DNA of 64,000 nucleotides from Klebsiella phage vB_KaeM_KaOmega, in sequence record MN013077.1. One strand, written 5' to 3'. Positions 11,115 through 20,343 of this stretch are shown here, in pieces. The position numbers and the translations under genes are program-made. Every line of letters begins with the position of its first letter. Position 1 is the first letter of the stretch. The notes under the pieces were generated by a model. That model was given only the letters and a program-made list of their open reading frames with translations, did not search any database and was not told where the DNA came from.

Positions 11115-11438
11115 ATGGCAGCAATTGGCGGCGCGTCCCTCGGTGTCCTGACTGGTTACCAGATTATGGATCAGGCAACAGGAGAAAGCAAGACCATCTC
11201 TGAACTTTTCGCAGGTGGCGGCGGTACTCCGGGACCTAAAGGCGACAAAGGTGATACGGGAGCTACCGGACCAGCAGGCCCAGCAGGCCCGGCTGGGGCG
11301 GCAGGTGCAGACGGAGAAGACGGCGTTGGAATCACCAACATTGCGTCCTCTCAAAATGGCAACACCGTTACCCTGACCTTCACTATGTCTGACTCTACAA
11401 CGAAGACCGTAACTTTCGATCTTCCAGCATCAACATAA
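11115..11438 (+). CDS. small collagen-like repeat protein
   Basis: 107 aa with a [34 protein letters not shown] tract and a short beta C-terminus. Its start overlaps the upstream stop (TAACATGG). Confidence 0.6.
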   Translation: MAAIGGASLGVLTGYQIMDQATGESKTISELFAGGGGTPGPKGDKGDTGATGPAGPAGPAGAAGADGEDGVGITNIASSQNGNTVTLTFTMSDSTTKTVTFDLPAST

Positions 11439-11440
11439 TC

Positions 11441-11470
11441 AAAGCCGCCTTCGGGCGGCTTTCTTTTTGT
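11441..11470 (+). terminator. rho-independent terminator
   Basis: aaagccgcc-ttcg-ggcggcttt followed by ctttttgt. Confidence 0.8.
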
Positions 11471-11477
11471 CTGTCAA

Positions 11478-11505
11478 TGACTTTTTGTGACCAACATGAT
11501 AAAAT
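11478..11505 (+). promoter_or_regulatory. sigma70-like promoter candidate
   Basis: ATGACT, 16-nt spacer, TAAAAT, upstream of the 11536 gene. Confidence 0.35.
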
Positions 11506-11535
11506 GGTTGCACTGGCTAAATCGTGGAGACTATT

Positions 11536-12063
11536 ATGACCAACGAACAAGTAATTGAGCTTGTCCGTGTCCTCCTTGGTGGGATCACCACTGAGGAAAT
11601 TTCGGACCAGACGATCATCTTCTTCTGGACCAAGTGGAAGCTGACGTATGATTTGGATAATCACCCGGAGAAGATTCCGGTGGCCCTGTACAACACCGTT
11701 GTTGACTGTGTGCGTTGGTTGATCGTACAAGAAGTCTCCAGCGGAAATTCATCAATTCGTGAGCGATTTGAAAAGATCGGTGATGAGACCATCTCCATCA
11801 AGGGCGGATCAAGCTGGCAATCCTGGAAAGACTTCCTTGATTGGCTGGAACTGAACCCTGATTACATTGACCCATCTCTGAACTTCAACTCCTCCCTTGT
11901 CATCATCGGCGGTGTTCGTAAAGATGAGTTCTTCCGTGTGAAGAATAACCCTAACTCCTACAACGGCTTTATGGAGCAGGGTGTTTATCCTACCCCGGCG
12001 ATCCCTAAGCAGTCAGCATGGCCTTGCACTGCTGCTCGCCGTAGTCCTTGGATGGTCCGCTAA
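11536..12063 (+). CDS. head-tail joining or head completion protein candidate. ATG start preferred, with a GGAGA RBS; the ORF is open from GTG at 11524.
   Basis: Position between head and tail modules; unknown family. Confidence 0.45.
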   Translation: MTNEQVIELVRVLLGGITTEEISDQTIIFFWTKWKLTYDLDNHPEKIPVALYNTVVDCVRWLIVQEVSSGNSSIRERFEKIGDETISIKGGSSWQSWKDFLDWLELNPDYIDPSLNFNSSLVIIGGVRKDEFFRVKNNPNSYNGFMEQGVYPTPAIPKQSAWPCTAARRSPWMVR

Positions 12064-12125
12064 AGCGTTGACTTTGTTGCTTTTGCTGACCTATTGTGGT
12101 AAAATAACTTTCATGGGGAAATACC

Positions 12126-12587
12126 GTGGCAAAGAAGTCATTCACTGACATCTCTGAATTGAAGCGGTATTTCAGCCAACTCTCTGATTTAGCTGAGAAA
12201 GAAGTGGAGTCCGGTTTTTACGACGACAAACACTATTCTGGGCTGAATATGGCGACTCTTGCCGCCATCCATGAAGAAGGCTGGAATAACCTTCCTGAGC
12301 GTAACTTCATGTTCTCAACCTCCCTGCACTTCCAAGAAGGTCTCCGCAAGCATATCAAACGTATGCACAACGGGATCATCCAAGGTCGGCATTTCAACAG
12401 CTACCTTGAGAAAATCGGAAAGGACGCAGCAGACAGTATTCGCTTCACAATCTCAACAGGTACATTCAGCAATCCAAAGGTATCAAAAGACTGGGCGAGT
12501 TACAAGGGGTTCGATGACGCAATGATTCACTACGGTGACTTGTCGAGTGCGGCAACGTACAAGGTCGTCAAGTACCAAGGCAAATAA
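12126..12587 (+). CDS. neck or head-tail adaptor candidate
   Basis: 153 aa; synteny only. Confidence 0.4.
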   Translation: MAKKSFTDISELKRYFSQLSDLAEKEVESGFYDDKHYSGLNMATLAAIHEEGWNNLPERNFMFSTSLHFQEGLRKHIKRMHNGIIQGRHFNSYLEKIGKDAADSIRFTISTGTFSNPKVSKDWASYKGFDDAMIHYGDLSSAATYKVVKYQGK

Positions 12588-12597
12588 GGGGTGACTG

Positions 12598-13044
12598 ATG
12601 GCATTGCCAAGAGCTTATTCGTTGCTCTCAAGCCGCAACAAACTCATCCCCCGTGTCGAAGTGCAATGTCGGAAACGTGAGTGGGTTAAGACTGACCCGG
12701 ACAGTCCGTTTCTGAACGGAGGGCGGGAGGTCCTGTACACCCCGTTCACTGCCGTTGAATGCACCATTCAACCGATGCGTGGGAAAGCAATTCGTGACCA
12801 GAACAACCAGTTGATGATCGGCGGTGAAGAGGATTATGATTCCTACACCGTTTACTCTGAGACTCTTCTGTTCCGAGCACGAGAGGGCACAGAACATCTT
12901 TCCGATCAGATGTTGCTGCCGGACTCCGGCGGCGGTGAGACATGGTTCACAGTGATGAAAGCGGATATGTATCCGTCTTCCGGTGTGAAGCGTTACCGCT
13001 ATTACCTGATCGCTGTCCCGGTAGGGACTGAGGGAGGACTATAA
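12598..13044 (+). CDS. tail completion or neck protein candidate
   Basis: 148 aa; its start overlaps the upstream stop. Confidence 0.4.
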   Translation: MALPRAYSLLSSRNKLIPRVEVQCRKREWVKTDPDSPFLNGGREVLYTPFTAVECTIQPMRGKAIRDQNNQLMIGGEEDYDSYTVYSETLLFRAREGTEHLSDQMLLPDSGGGETWFTVMKADMYPSSGVKRYRYYLIAVPVGTEGGL

Positions 13045-13751
13045 TGGCCCTCCCTCTTGATTTTACAAACTCAGATGTCGTGATGGGAGCATTGACCAAG
13101 GCTGTCGGTCGTCTCTGTCTGGACGTAACGGGATATGATGTCGTTGAAGCTGATGAGACCATTCCAAAACCGGAAGGGCCATACATCCTCGTAGACCTGT
13201 CTCTGCTTACCCCTCTCGACTGGGCAACAAACGAAGTGGTTGATGAAGATGGGGTCGTTCATACGGCTCACAACTACACTGCCAGCTATACCCTCACCGC
13301 TTACCGTGGGAAACCTCACTGGGCATTGTCCCGGGTGCATCAGGCTTTCGGCCTACCGTTCCTTCGTGAGAAATACTTCCCAACGGGATCTCCATATGCG
13401 TACTCTTCCACCTCAAACATTGCTCGAATGCGTGTACCGCTGAACCAGCAAATGTTCGAGAATCGGGCGCGAACCATTGTTACTTTCAATGCGACATTCG
13501 TAGAGAAAGATCTTGGGACGTTCGAGGATATCGAGCACATCATTATCGGGATCGATGTTGACAACCCTTCAGGTCCGCCTATTGGTATTGAAGCAGACTA
13601 TGACGAAGGTGTCAAGCCCGGCGGTGATGACCCTGGCCTTCCACCAAAGCCTAACCCTCCGATCGTCTACCATGACGCTATCGCACAGGTTTGTATGGCA
13701 ACTCCGGTTATTGATAAGCCAGCGCTTATCAGTGACAAGACGGGGGAGTAA
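13044..13751 (+). CDS. tail terminator or sheath-completion candidate
   Basis: 235 aa with a Pro-rich C-terminus; synteny only. Confidence 0.4.
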   Translation: MALPLDFTNSDVVMGALTKAVGRLCLDVTGYDVVEADETIPKPEGPYILVDLSLLTPLDWATNEVVDEDGVVHTAHNYTASYTLTAYRGKPHWALSRVHQAFGLPFLREKYFPTGSPYAYSSTSNIARMRVPLNQQMFENRARTIVTFNATFVEKDLGTFEDIEHIIIGIDVDNPSGPPIGIEADYDEGVKPGGDDPGLPPKPNPPIVYHDAIAQVCMATPVIDKPALISDKTGE

Positions 13752-13811
13752 TCCCCCACATATTGGCACATTCGTGCTGGTCAATAATCGTTCAGAAGCA
13801 GAGGACACAAA

Positions 13812-15233
13812 ATGGCTGAATATCAAGACAAGGTTGTTGACGTTGAGGTTAGCCTTGGCACTCAACCAATCGACACCGTTGGCTTTGAAACCCCGATGTT
13901 CCTGGCAATCCACAACAACTTCCCAGAGCGTGTCCGTTTCTACGTGTCCACTGCTGGGATGATTGCTGATGGTTTTGCAGTAGGTTCCCCGGCTTACCAG
14001 TTCGCCACTAACGCATTCGCAGGGAACTTCGCCCCGCAGCGTGTTGGTATCGGACGTATGGCGATGGGATCTACCAAGGTGGACTTCACCGGGACCTCAA
14101 ACACCGAGCAGGTTGTCGTTAATATCACCTTGAATAAGATCGTCAAGGCTGTTAAAATTAACGTACTGCCTGGCAATACCCCGGCACAGATTGCTACCGC
14201 ACTGGCTGATGCGGTGACCGCAGATGCAGACCTGACTGGTAAAGTCACTGCCACGGCTACCGGAACTTATGTCACATTCGAGGCAGTGTCTCCGAACGTT
14301 GTGAGTGTAGGTAAAGGTGCAGGCAACTACAAGATCGTTAACGAGTCTACCGAGACTGTTGCTACTGCACTGCCTTTCGTTATCGCAGAAAACCACAACT
14401 GGTACTTCCTGTCTACCGAAGCTCGTGCAGATGCGGACATCGTAGCGGCGGCTGAGTTCTCCAAGGCGAACTATAAGCTGCACGTTTATAACTCCACCGA
14501 TGTGGACGCTTACGCCCCTGAGAACTCTGCGGCTTCTGTGTTTGACACGCTGAAGTCTCTGAGCTACGACTCTCTGGGAACCTCCGACGCTGGCGCTGAC
14601 GTTGACTTCACTGAAGGCTCCGTTATCGGTGCGATGGCTGCGAACGATCCTTCCTACGGTGACTCCCTGCACCTGAAAACGATGCCGGGTATGGTTCCGT
14701 TTGTTGGCTCTGACACTCAGCGTTCAAACGCTTGGTCTCGTAACGCAAACATCTACCGTAGCCTGTACGGCGGTGGTAGCTACATCGAAGGTAAAACTTC
14801 TTCCGGTCAGTACGTTGACGTGATTCGCTTCTCCCACTGGGTGAAATTCCGTATGGAAGAATCCGTGTTCGCGTACATGAAGCGCCGTTCTGACATGGGT
14901 CTGTCCATGAAGATGAGCGACGAAGACCTTCCTGTTCTGAAGTCTGTACTGATGAACAACCCGATCAACATCGGTATTCGTAATGGTGCAATCCTGACTG
15001 GTTACGACACTGAAAACAAAGTGTCCTACGACCCGACAATCACTATTCCGAAACGTGCCGAGATCCCGACGAATGACCTTGCTGCACGTATCCTGCGTGA
15101 TGTGAAGGTAGAGCTTGTGTACAACAACTCTCTGCACTACGTCAAGATCCGCGCCGCCGTTGTTCTGGATCGTCCGGCGGGCCAGAGCACTAACGCTCAG
15201 ACCCCGATGTCTTCCTCTGCTGTAGGAGTGTAA
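13812..15233 (+). CDS. tail sheath protein (contractile tail)
   Basis: 473 aa followed by a 160-aa tube candidate, a frameshifted chaperone and the tape measure, matching P2/Mu order (FI-FII-E/E'-T). Downstream W/J/I-like baseplate genes support a myovirus. Confidence 0.55.
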   Translation: MAEYQDKVVDVEVSLGTQPIDTVGFETPMFLAIHNNFPERVRFYVSTAGMIADGFAVGSPAYQFATNAFAGNFAPQRVGIGRMAMGSTKVDFTGTSNTEQVVVNITLNKIVKAVKINVLPGNTPAQIATALADAVTADADLTGKVTATATGTYVTFEAVSPNVVSVGKGAGNYKIVNESTETVATALPFVIAENHNWYFLSTEARADADIVAAAEFSKANYKLHVYNSTDVDAYAPENSAASVFDTLKSLSYDSLGTSDAGADVDFTEGSVIGAMAANDPSYGDSLHLKTMPGMVPFVGSDTQRSNAWSRNANIYRSLYGGGSYIEGKTSSGQYVDVIRFSHWVKFRMEESVFAYMKRRSDMGLSMKMSDEDLPVLKSVLMNNPINIGIRNGAILTGYDTENKVSYDPTITIPKRAEIPTNDLAARILRDVKVELVYNNSLHYVKIRAAVVLDRPAGQSTNAQTPMSSSAVGV

Positions 15234-15236
15234 TAG

Positions 15237-15719
15237 ATGCTGAACCAATCCAAAATCCTGACGCTTCAGGCGTATGACCCGGCGAAAGTCTTGGTCTTTA
15301 TTGGTGGACAGCGTGTCTCTGGATTTGCAGCGGATACGAAGATCGTTATTACTCGTAACAACGACAACATCTCCGTTCATGCGGGTGTTGACGGCGAGAT
15401 CAGTAACGCACTGTCCCGTGACAACACCGGGGTTATGACCCTCTCTCTCCAGAACACTGCCAAATGGAACGGCTATCTGGCTCAGTGGCAGCGTCAGGCT
15501 AACGTAACTGGCCTGATTTACCTGCCAGTCCAAGTCGAAGGTTCTCAGGGCCTGTCCCTGAACACCATCGGTTGGATTCAGAAACAGCCTGACCTGAGCT
15601 ACGGCTCCGAAGTCGGTCAGATGGACTGGGAGATTGGTGTACTGGACGCATGGCTGTCTCCGGACCAGATCCAAGGCGTCGCCGCTGGCCTGACCGGGCT
15701 GGTTGGTCTGGACCAATAA
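15237..15719 (+). CDS. tail tube protein candidate
   Basis: 160 aa directly after the sheath gene. Confidence 0.5.
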   Translation: MLNQSKILTLQAYDPAKVLVFIGGQRVSGFAADTKIVITRNNDNISVHAGVDGEISNALSRDNTGVMTLSLQNTAKWNGYLAQWQRQANVTGLIYLPVQVEGSQGLSLNTIGWIQKQPDLSYGSEVGQMDWEIGVLDAWLSPDQIQGVAAGLTGLVGLDQ

Positions 15720-15790
15720 CAACGTGAGCCACATGGATGTGGCCTTTTCTCACGGTATGGACTTTTCAACAGAAGACACAGGAGTGTATC

Positions 15791-16258
15791 ATGTTTAAGG
15801 TTAAGAAGTCAACAGACATTGTTCTGTGTGGCGGAAAGCGCTTTACTGTATATCACTGGTCACCGAGCCAAGTCATTCGAAACATGCCTAAAATTGGTCG
15901 TCTTGTGGCGGTTCCGATGGGCACAGTTGCCGGGTCTGCCCTGGCAAAAGGGGAAGGCTTCCACGATGCCCTTCCAACAGCGATCCTGTACATCCTTGAC
16001 CAGATCGAGGACGGCGGTGAAGAGATCATCAACATGTTGCTCGAAGGTGTAGAAGTAGACAGCATGGGTGGTCCAATCGACATTGATGAAGTGTTTGATG
16101 GACACGTCGAAGACCTGATTACATTGCTCGGAAAGGTAGTTGAAATCAACTATGGCTGTTTTTTCAGCAAGAGCGGTTTCGGGACCATCGACAGCTTCCT
16201 CAAGAGTCTGGGGCTGGCACGAGCGGTGGACAACCTGGACAACCAGACGGAAACCTGA
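15791..16258 (+). CDS. tail assembly chaperone (gpG/E-like)
   Basis: Acidic ~155-aa protein directly upstream of the tape measure. ATG preferred at 15791 with an AGGAG RBS. It contains a slippery heptamer. Confidence 0.6.
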   Translation: MFKVKKSTDIVLCGGKRFTVYHWSPSQVIRNMPKIGRLVAVPMGTVAGSALAKGEGFHDALPTAILYILDQIEDGGEEIINMLLEGVEVDSMGGPIDIDEVFDGHVEDLITLLGKVVEINYGCFFSKSGFGTIDSFLKSLGLARAVDNLDNQTET

Positions 16259-16530
16259 TCCCGCTGACCACCGTAGAGAAAGCAATTGAGTATACACGGA
16301 AGAACTCTTCTCTAAAATGGTACGACTACCTCTACTTCAGGGTAATGGAGCGGTTCAAGGGTGTCAACGAGATTTCGATCGAATCTGGTGATATGGATGA
16401 CCTTCTGAAGAAAAACGAGTATCTGGACATTCAGGACTTCGTTCAGGAGGCCAAGCAAAAGGATATCGATCAGGCTCGGAAGAATGCTGAACAAGCGGCC
16501 CGCACAAACAAGAAGTTCAGGGGTGGATAA
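15791..16530 (+). CDS. chaperone G-T fusion produced by a -1 programmed frameshift
   Basis: The -1 frame is open from 16144 to 16530 with no stop and has no upstream start of its own. The heptamer T TTT TTC at 16159-16165 sits in the zero frame. Confidence 0.55.
16159..16165 (+). other. slippery heptanucleotide T_TTT_TTC for the -1 ribosomal frameshift
   Basis: Seen directly in sequence; zero-frame codons are tgt ttt ttc. Confidence 0.55.
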
Positions 16531-16597
16531 GGGCTGGAGTCGAAAGACTCTGGCCTTTTCTTTTTTCAGGCGATAGAATACTGCCGGAGGAGAAGCA

Positions 16598-19033
16598 ATG
16601 GCAAGTGGTAACGTAATTGTCACCAAAACAGTCAACCGTACTACGTTTGAGGTAGACAAATCATCTTATGCCAAGGCGGTCAAACAGATCCGTCAGGTGG
16701 GCAAAGAATGGGAGAAGGCATCTGATGCAGTCTCCAAACCAAAGAAGGACCCGGCTAAAGCCTACGATAAGTCGGCTCAACGTATGCGTTTGGTGAACAA
16801 GCGCCTGGCAGAAACCCGTGCCCGGGAGGAGAAACGAGCCTCTGACATCAGTATCGCAAATGCCAAGCGTGAAGCGAGAGCCAAAGAGGCCATTGCCAAA
16901 GTCTCCGCTGCCCGTATCAAGCAACAGGTCAAGCAGATGACTGCTCCTCGCGCCGGGATGAGCGAGATGAAGAAATTCTACCAGCAGCAGGAACGTGAGG
17001 CTAAAAAGGCCAACCGCAAGGCCACCACTGGCATGAACGCTGCATCTCGTCCAATGAACGTCACCCGGATCAACTCTGTTCAGCTTCCTCCTCGTGGTGG
17101 TACTGGCACAGGAATGGTAGGTGATCCGAACAAAATTTACAACCCTGAATTGATTGCTGCCCAAAACCGTGCGATGGCAGGACGTATCCGTAGTCAGTCT
17201 CAGGCCCAAGATCGTAAGACAAAAGCGGAGACTCGTCAACGAGCAGCCGCCGCAGCACGTGCTGCCCGCATTGATGATGTGATGGCCCAGCAACGTATCC
17301 GCCTGTCTTCCAAATATGGTCGCAGCTATGAGGGCCGTCTTGGTCGAGATAGTGCAGGTCAGGGCATTCAGGACTTGAACCGACAGTTCCGTGCTGGTAC
17401 ACTGTCAGCAGGTCAGTATCGCCAGAGTATTCAAGCTCTGGAACGCCAGTTCCGTTCCGCACAGGCAAGTGCAGGCGGGTTTGGGGCGGTCCTCGGAGAT
17501 ATTCGGTCCCAGTTGTTGGGTGCAGGTGCAGCATACGGTGTGTTTGCCGCAGGTGCAAGCGTTCTTCAGCAAGGTCAGTTCTTCCAGGGTATGGATGCAA
17601 CAATGACAATGGTTTCTGATTCATCAGAAGAAGCTGCAAAACGAATCCAGTTCTTGAAGGATCAGGCTTACCGTCTCGGCCTGGACCTGAAAATCGCCTC
17701 TCAGGGCTACGTGCAGATGTCCGTCAACTCCGACGGAATCCTGAACAAGGCTCAGAACGATGAACTGTTCAAAGGTTTCTCTGAGTACGCAACGGCCCTT
17801 CAGGTTGACCCGGTTAAGTTCCAGCGTGGTATCACCGCGATCGGGCAGATGATGGGTAAAGGCCAGATCATGGCTGAAGAATTGAAAGGTCAGTTGGCTG
17901 AAGGTATTCCCGGCTCCCTGCAAGTGTTCGTGAAGGCATCTCAGGAAGCGTTCAACGACACCACCATTGACGTTGAAAAACTGATGGACATGATGCAGAA
18001 GGGTGAACTGAAAGCTGCCAAGGTTCTGCCATTCGTAGCCAAATACTTCGCTGAAGCAGCCCGTAACGGCGGCGCGTTGGACAAGGCGTTGCAGAGTAAC
18101 CGTGTTGCTATGCAGCAGATGCAGCAGACTTGGGTTAACTTCCAGAATGCCATCTTTGAAGGTGGATTCGGTGAGCAAATGACTCGTGTGTTCCGCGACT
18201 TGGCAACCATCCTCGACAGTAACGGCGAACTGGCAACCAACCTCGGTAAGTTCTTCGGATCTGTGATCGAAGGCTTCTGGGACATGGTGACAGAGATCCA
18301 CGATGACTTCGTTCTCTTGGACCGTATCGTCAGCTACTACGCTGAGAAGCTCGGCTACCAAGGCGACGTGTTGAAAGACGTGTTCAACTGGGCGGGCTAT
18401 GCAATCGGCATGGCAGTGTTTGTCGGTGGTCTGTACAAGATCTTCGGTATTCTGTCGAAGATTGCCGGACTCCGTGGCGCTCTGAAGGACATCCGTGGCA
18501 CAATGGGCGGTGATCTTGCAGGTGGTGCAGGTCGTGGAGGACGTGCTGGTCCTAACAGTGGCCCTCAACGTGGTCCTTGGGGCGGTGGCCCACGAGGATT
18601 TAAGCTCCCGGTGATGCCGGGTCCTTGGCCTATGATTGCAGGGATCATGGGGTGGAACTACCTCAACGATGAGGAAAGAAACGCTTCTGCGGAGGCCCGT
18701 AACCAAGCACTGGCCCCGGCCCGTGCAACTCAGGACACCATTCAGCAAGCTGTGGCTGGAGACATGGGCCTGATGTTGAAGACGGCATTCTTCTCCTTGT
18801 TCGGTTCCAAAGCTGAAGCTCCGAGCACAACCATTGACCCTGAACGTTTGGTTACCGCAGGCATGAGTGGCCCTTACCCTGGTCCATTCCCTCTGAACCA
18901 ACCTCCTCAGAAGGTCGAGGGTAACGTGACCATCGAGATCAAGGCTGGCGAATTGAAGAACATGATTCGTGCCGTTGTTGACGAGAACAACCAGTTCAAC
19001 TTCAACATGCTCATCCAAGGTGGGCCTAACTAA
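16598..19033 (+). CDS. tail tape measure protein
   Basis: 811 aa with an N-terminal coiled-coil, an Ala/Gln/Arg-rich middle and a Gly-rich C-terminal region, directly after the chaperone pair. Confidence 0.85.
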   Translation: MASGNVIVTKTVNRTTFEVDKSSYAKAVKQIRQVGKEWEKASDAVSKPKKDPAKAYDKSAQRMRLVNKRLAETRAREEKRASDISIANAKREARAKEAIAKVSAARIKQQVKQMTAPRAGMSEMKKFYQQQEREAKKANRKATTGMNAASRPMNVTRINSVQLPPRGGTGTGMVGDPNKIYNPELIAAQNRAMAGRIRSQSQAQDRKTKAETRQRAAAAARAARIDDVMAQQRIRLSSKYGRSYEGRLGRDSAGQGIQDLNRQFRAGTLSAGQYRQSIQALERQFRSAQASAGGFGAVLGDIRSQLLGAGAAYGVFAAGASVLQQGQFFQGMDATMTMVSDSSEEAAKRIQFLKDQAYRLGLDLKIASQGYVQMSVNSDGILNKAQNDELFKGFSEYATALQVDPVKFQRGITAIGQMMGKGQIMAEELKGQLAEGIPGSLQVFVKASQEAFNDTTIDVEKLMDMMQKGELKAAKVLPFVAKYFAEAARNGGALDKALQSNRVAMQQMQQTWVNFQNAIFEGGFGEQMTRVFRDLATILDSNGELATNLGKFFGSVIEGFWDMVTEIHDDFVLLDRIVSYYAEKLGYQGDVLKDVFNWAGYAIGMAVFVGGLYKIFGILSKIAGLRGALKDIRGTMGGDLAGGAGRGGRAGPNSGPQRGPWGGGPRGFKLPVMPGPWPMIAGIMGWNYLNDEERNASAEARNQALAPARATQDTIQQAVAGDMGLMLKTAFFSLFGSKAEAPSTTIDPERLVTAGMSGPYPGPFPLNQPPQKVEGNVTIEIKAGELKNMIRAVVDENNQFNFNMLIQGGPN

Positions 19034-19035
19034 TC

Positions 19036-19060
19036 AAGGGGCTTCGGCCCCTTTTTTATT
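19036..19060 (+). terminator. rho-independent terminator
   Basis: aaggggc-ttcg-gcccctt followed by ttttatt. Confidence 0.8.
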
Positions 19061-19099
19061 GCCTGTATTCATGCTAAAATACTATCACAGGAGGACTTT

Positions 19100-19954
19100 A
19101 TGGCTGTGAACAACAATTTTATTTCGCCTGCCCAGCAGGCTCAGGCAGATAAGCGGGCACGAGACGCTGCCGCTGCCAAGAGAAAGCAGGATACGGAAGT
19201 CAGTAACGCCAAGTCTCGTGAAGACATTCAGTACACGATGTTCGTTTCTGGCCTGCGCCGTGGTCGCCTTAACGAGTTCGAGAGTAAAAACCAGACCGAT
19301 GATCTGGCAATCCTCTTCGACTCCGTTACCAACCATACTTACACAAAGGACTACAACAAGTCAAGTTATGCGGTGGAATCAAAGGCAAAAGCCTCTGACC
19401 ACGTAACAACGCAGGATGGCAAGTTCACGTTCTCCGGTACAGTTACCGACTCCCCTTATCTTATCGACCCTCGCAACATGATCGACAGGGATACGGACAA
19501 GGACAACCCAATGCTCGCCCGACGCCCGGCGAAGGCGATTGAGATTCTGGAACTCATTGCTGACTCACATCAGCTTGTAACTCTCGTCACTGAAGACAAT
19601 ATCCTGACTAACTATGTCATTACCAACTTCCAGATTGATCGTAATGACCAGACAGGATCTTCAATCGGCGTCCAAGTGACTCTCGAAGAGTTCCGTTTCA
19701 AGAATGCCAATAAAACTGTCTTGGCCCGAACTGCCGATCCAAAAAAGGCTGGCAATGCCAACTCCGGGACTAAACAGACGGCTGAAGGCGGTGCTGTGGA
19801 TGATAGCGCCAAACAGAAGCGTCAAACCCCGTACATTGGGAAAAATGCTGCAATAAAAGAACGTTGGGAAAATGCCGCTGTCGGCACAACGGACTTCTCC
19901 GGTAAGCCGGGGGCGAAGCTGCCATTTGACCCTAACTCACTCAAGAGGCCGTAA
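19100..19954 (+). CDS. baseplate or tail protein (post-TMP position)
   Basis: 284 aa; synteny with Mu/P2-like baseplate assembly genes. Confidence 0.45.
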   Translation: MAVNNNFISPAQQAQADKRARDAAAAKRKQDTEVSNAKSREDIQYTMFVSGLRRGRLNEFESKNQTDDLAILFDSVTNHTYTKDYNKSSYAVESKAKASDHVTTQDGKFTFSGTVTDSPYLIDPRNMIDRDTDKDNPMLARRPAKAIEILELIADSHQLVTLVTEDNILTNYVITNFQIDRNDQTGSSIGVQVTLEEFRFKNANKTVLARTADPKKAGNANSGTKQTAEGGAVDDSAKQKRQTPYIGKNAAIKERWENAAVGTTDFSGKPGAKLPFDPNSLKRP

Positions 19955-19956
19955 CA

Positions 19957-20343
19957 ATGTCTGATATCACTGCGGATCTGCCCGCCTCTACTGTTGTCCG
20001 AACGTTCGACTTTGAACTCAGTGGATACCCGGATGAAACATTCCGTGTGGTTCTGGATTCAGTTACTTACGAACTCCGTTTCATGTGGAACGAGCGCGAT
20101 GAGTCTTGGTTCATGTCCTTTGGGGATGTCGGTGCCCAGCGCCCTACCATCACCACGAAACTGACCTGCTATTCAGACATTCTAGCGCCTTATCGTTACC
20201 TTGACAACATCCCGGACGGAAACCTTTATCTGTGGCCTCTTGCGGACATCAGAACCCGCGCCGGGCGCTTCAACATTGGACCTTTGAAAGGGGTCCAGAT
20301 GACTTATTCATCCCGTATTGAGGATGTGGAGGACCTTGAATAA
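19957..20343 (+). CDS. small baseplate or tail protein
   Basis: 128 aa; its stop overlaps the next start (TAATG). Confidence 0.45.
   Translation: MSDITADLPASTVVRTFDFELSGYPDETFRVVLDSVTYELRFMWNERDESWFMSFGDVGAQRPTITTKLTCYSDILAPYRYLDNIPDGNLYLWPLADIRTRAGRFNIGPLKGVQMTYSSRIEDVEDLE

Noticed and set aside
16345-16530. Independent 61-aa gene between the chaperone and the tape measure
   Set aside because: It lacks an RBS, and its frame is open for 200 nt upstream into the chaperone gene. It is better explained as the -1 frameshift extension.
17624-19018. 464-aa antisense ORF inside the tape measure gene (also 14724-15734, 5050-6003, 29100-29837, 24884-25846)
   Set aside because: These are typical shadow ORFs opposite long real genes. 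Their composition is biased and they lack start context.
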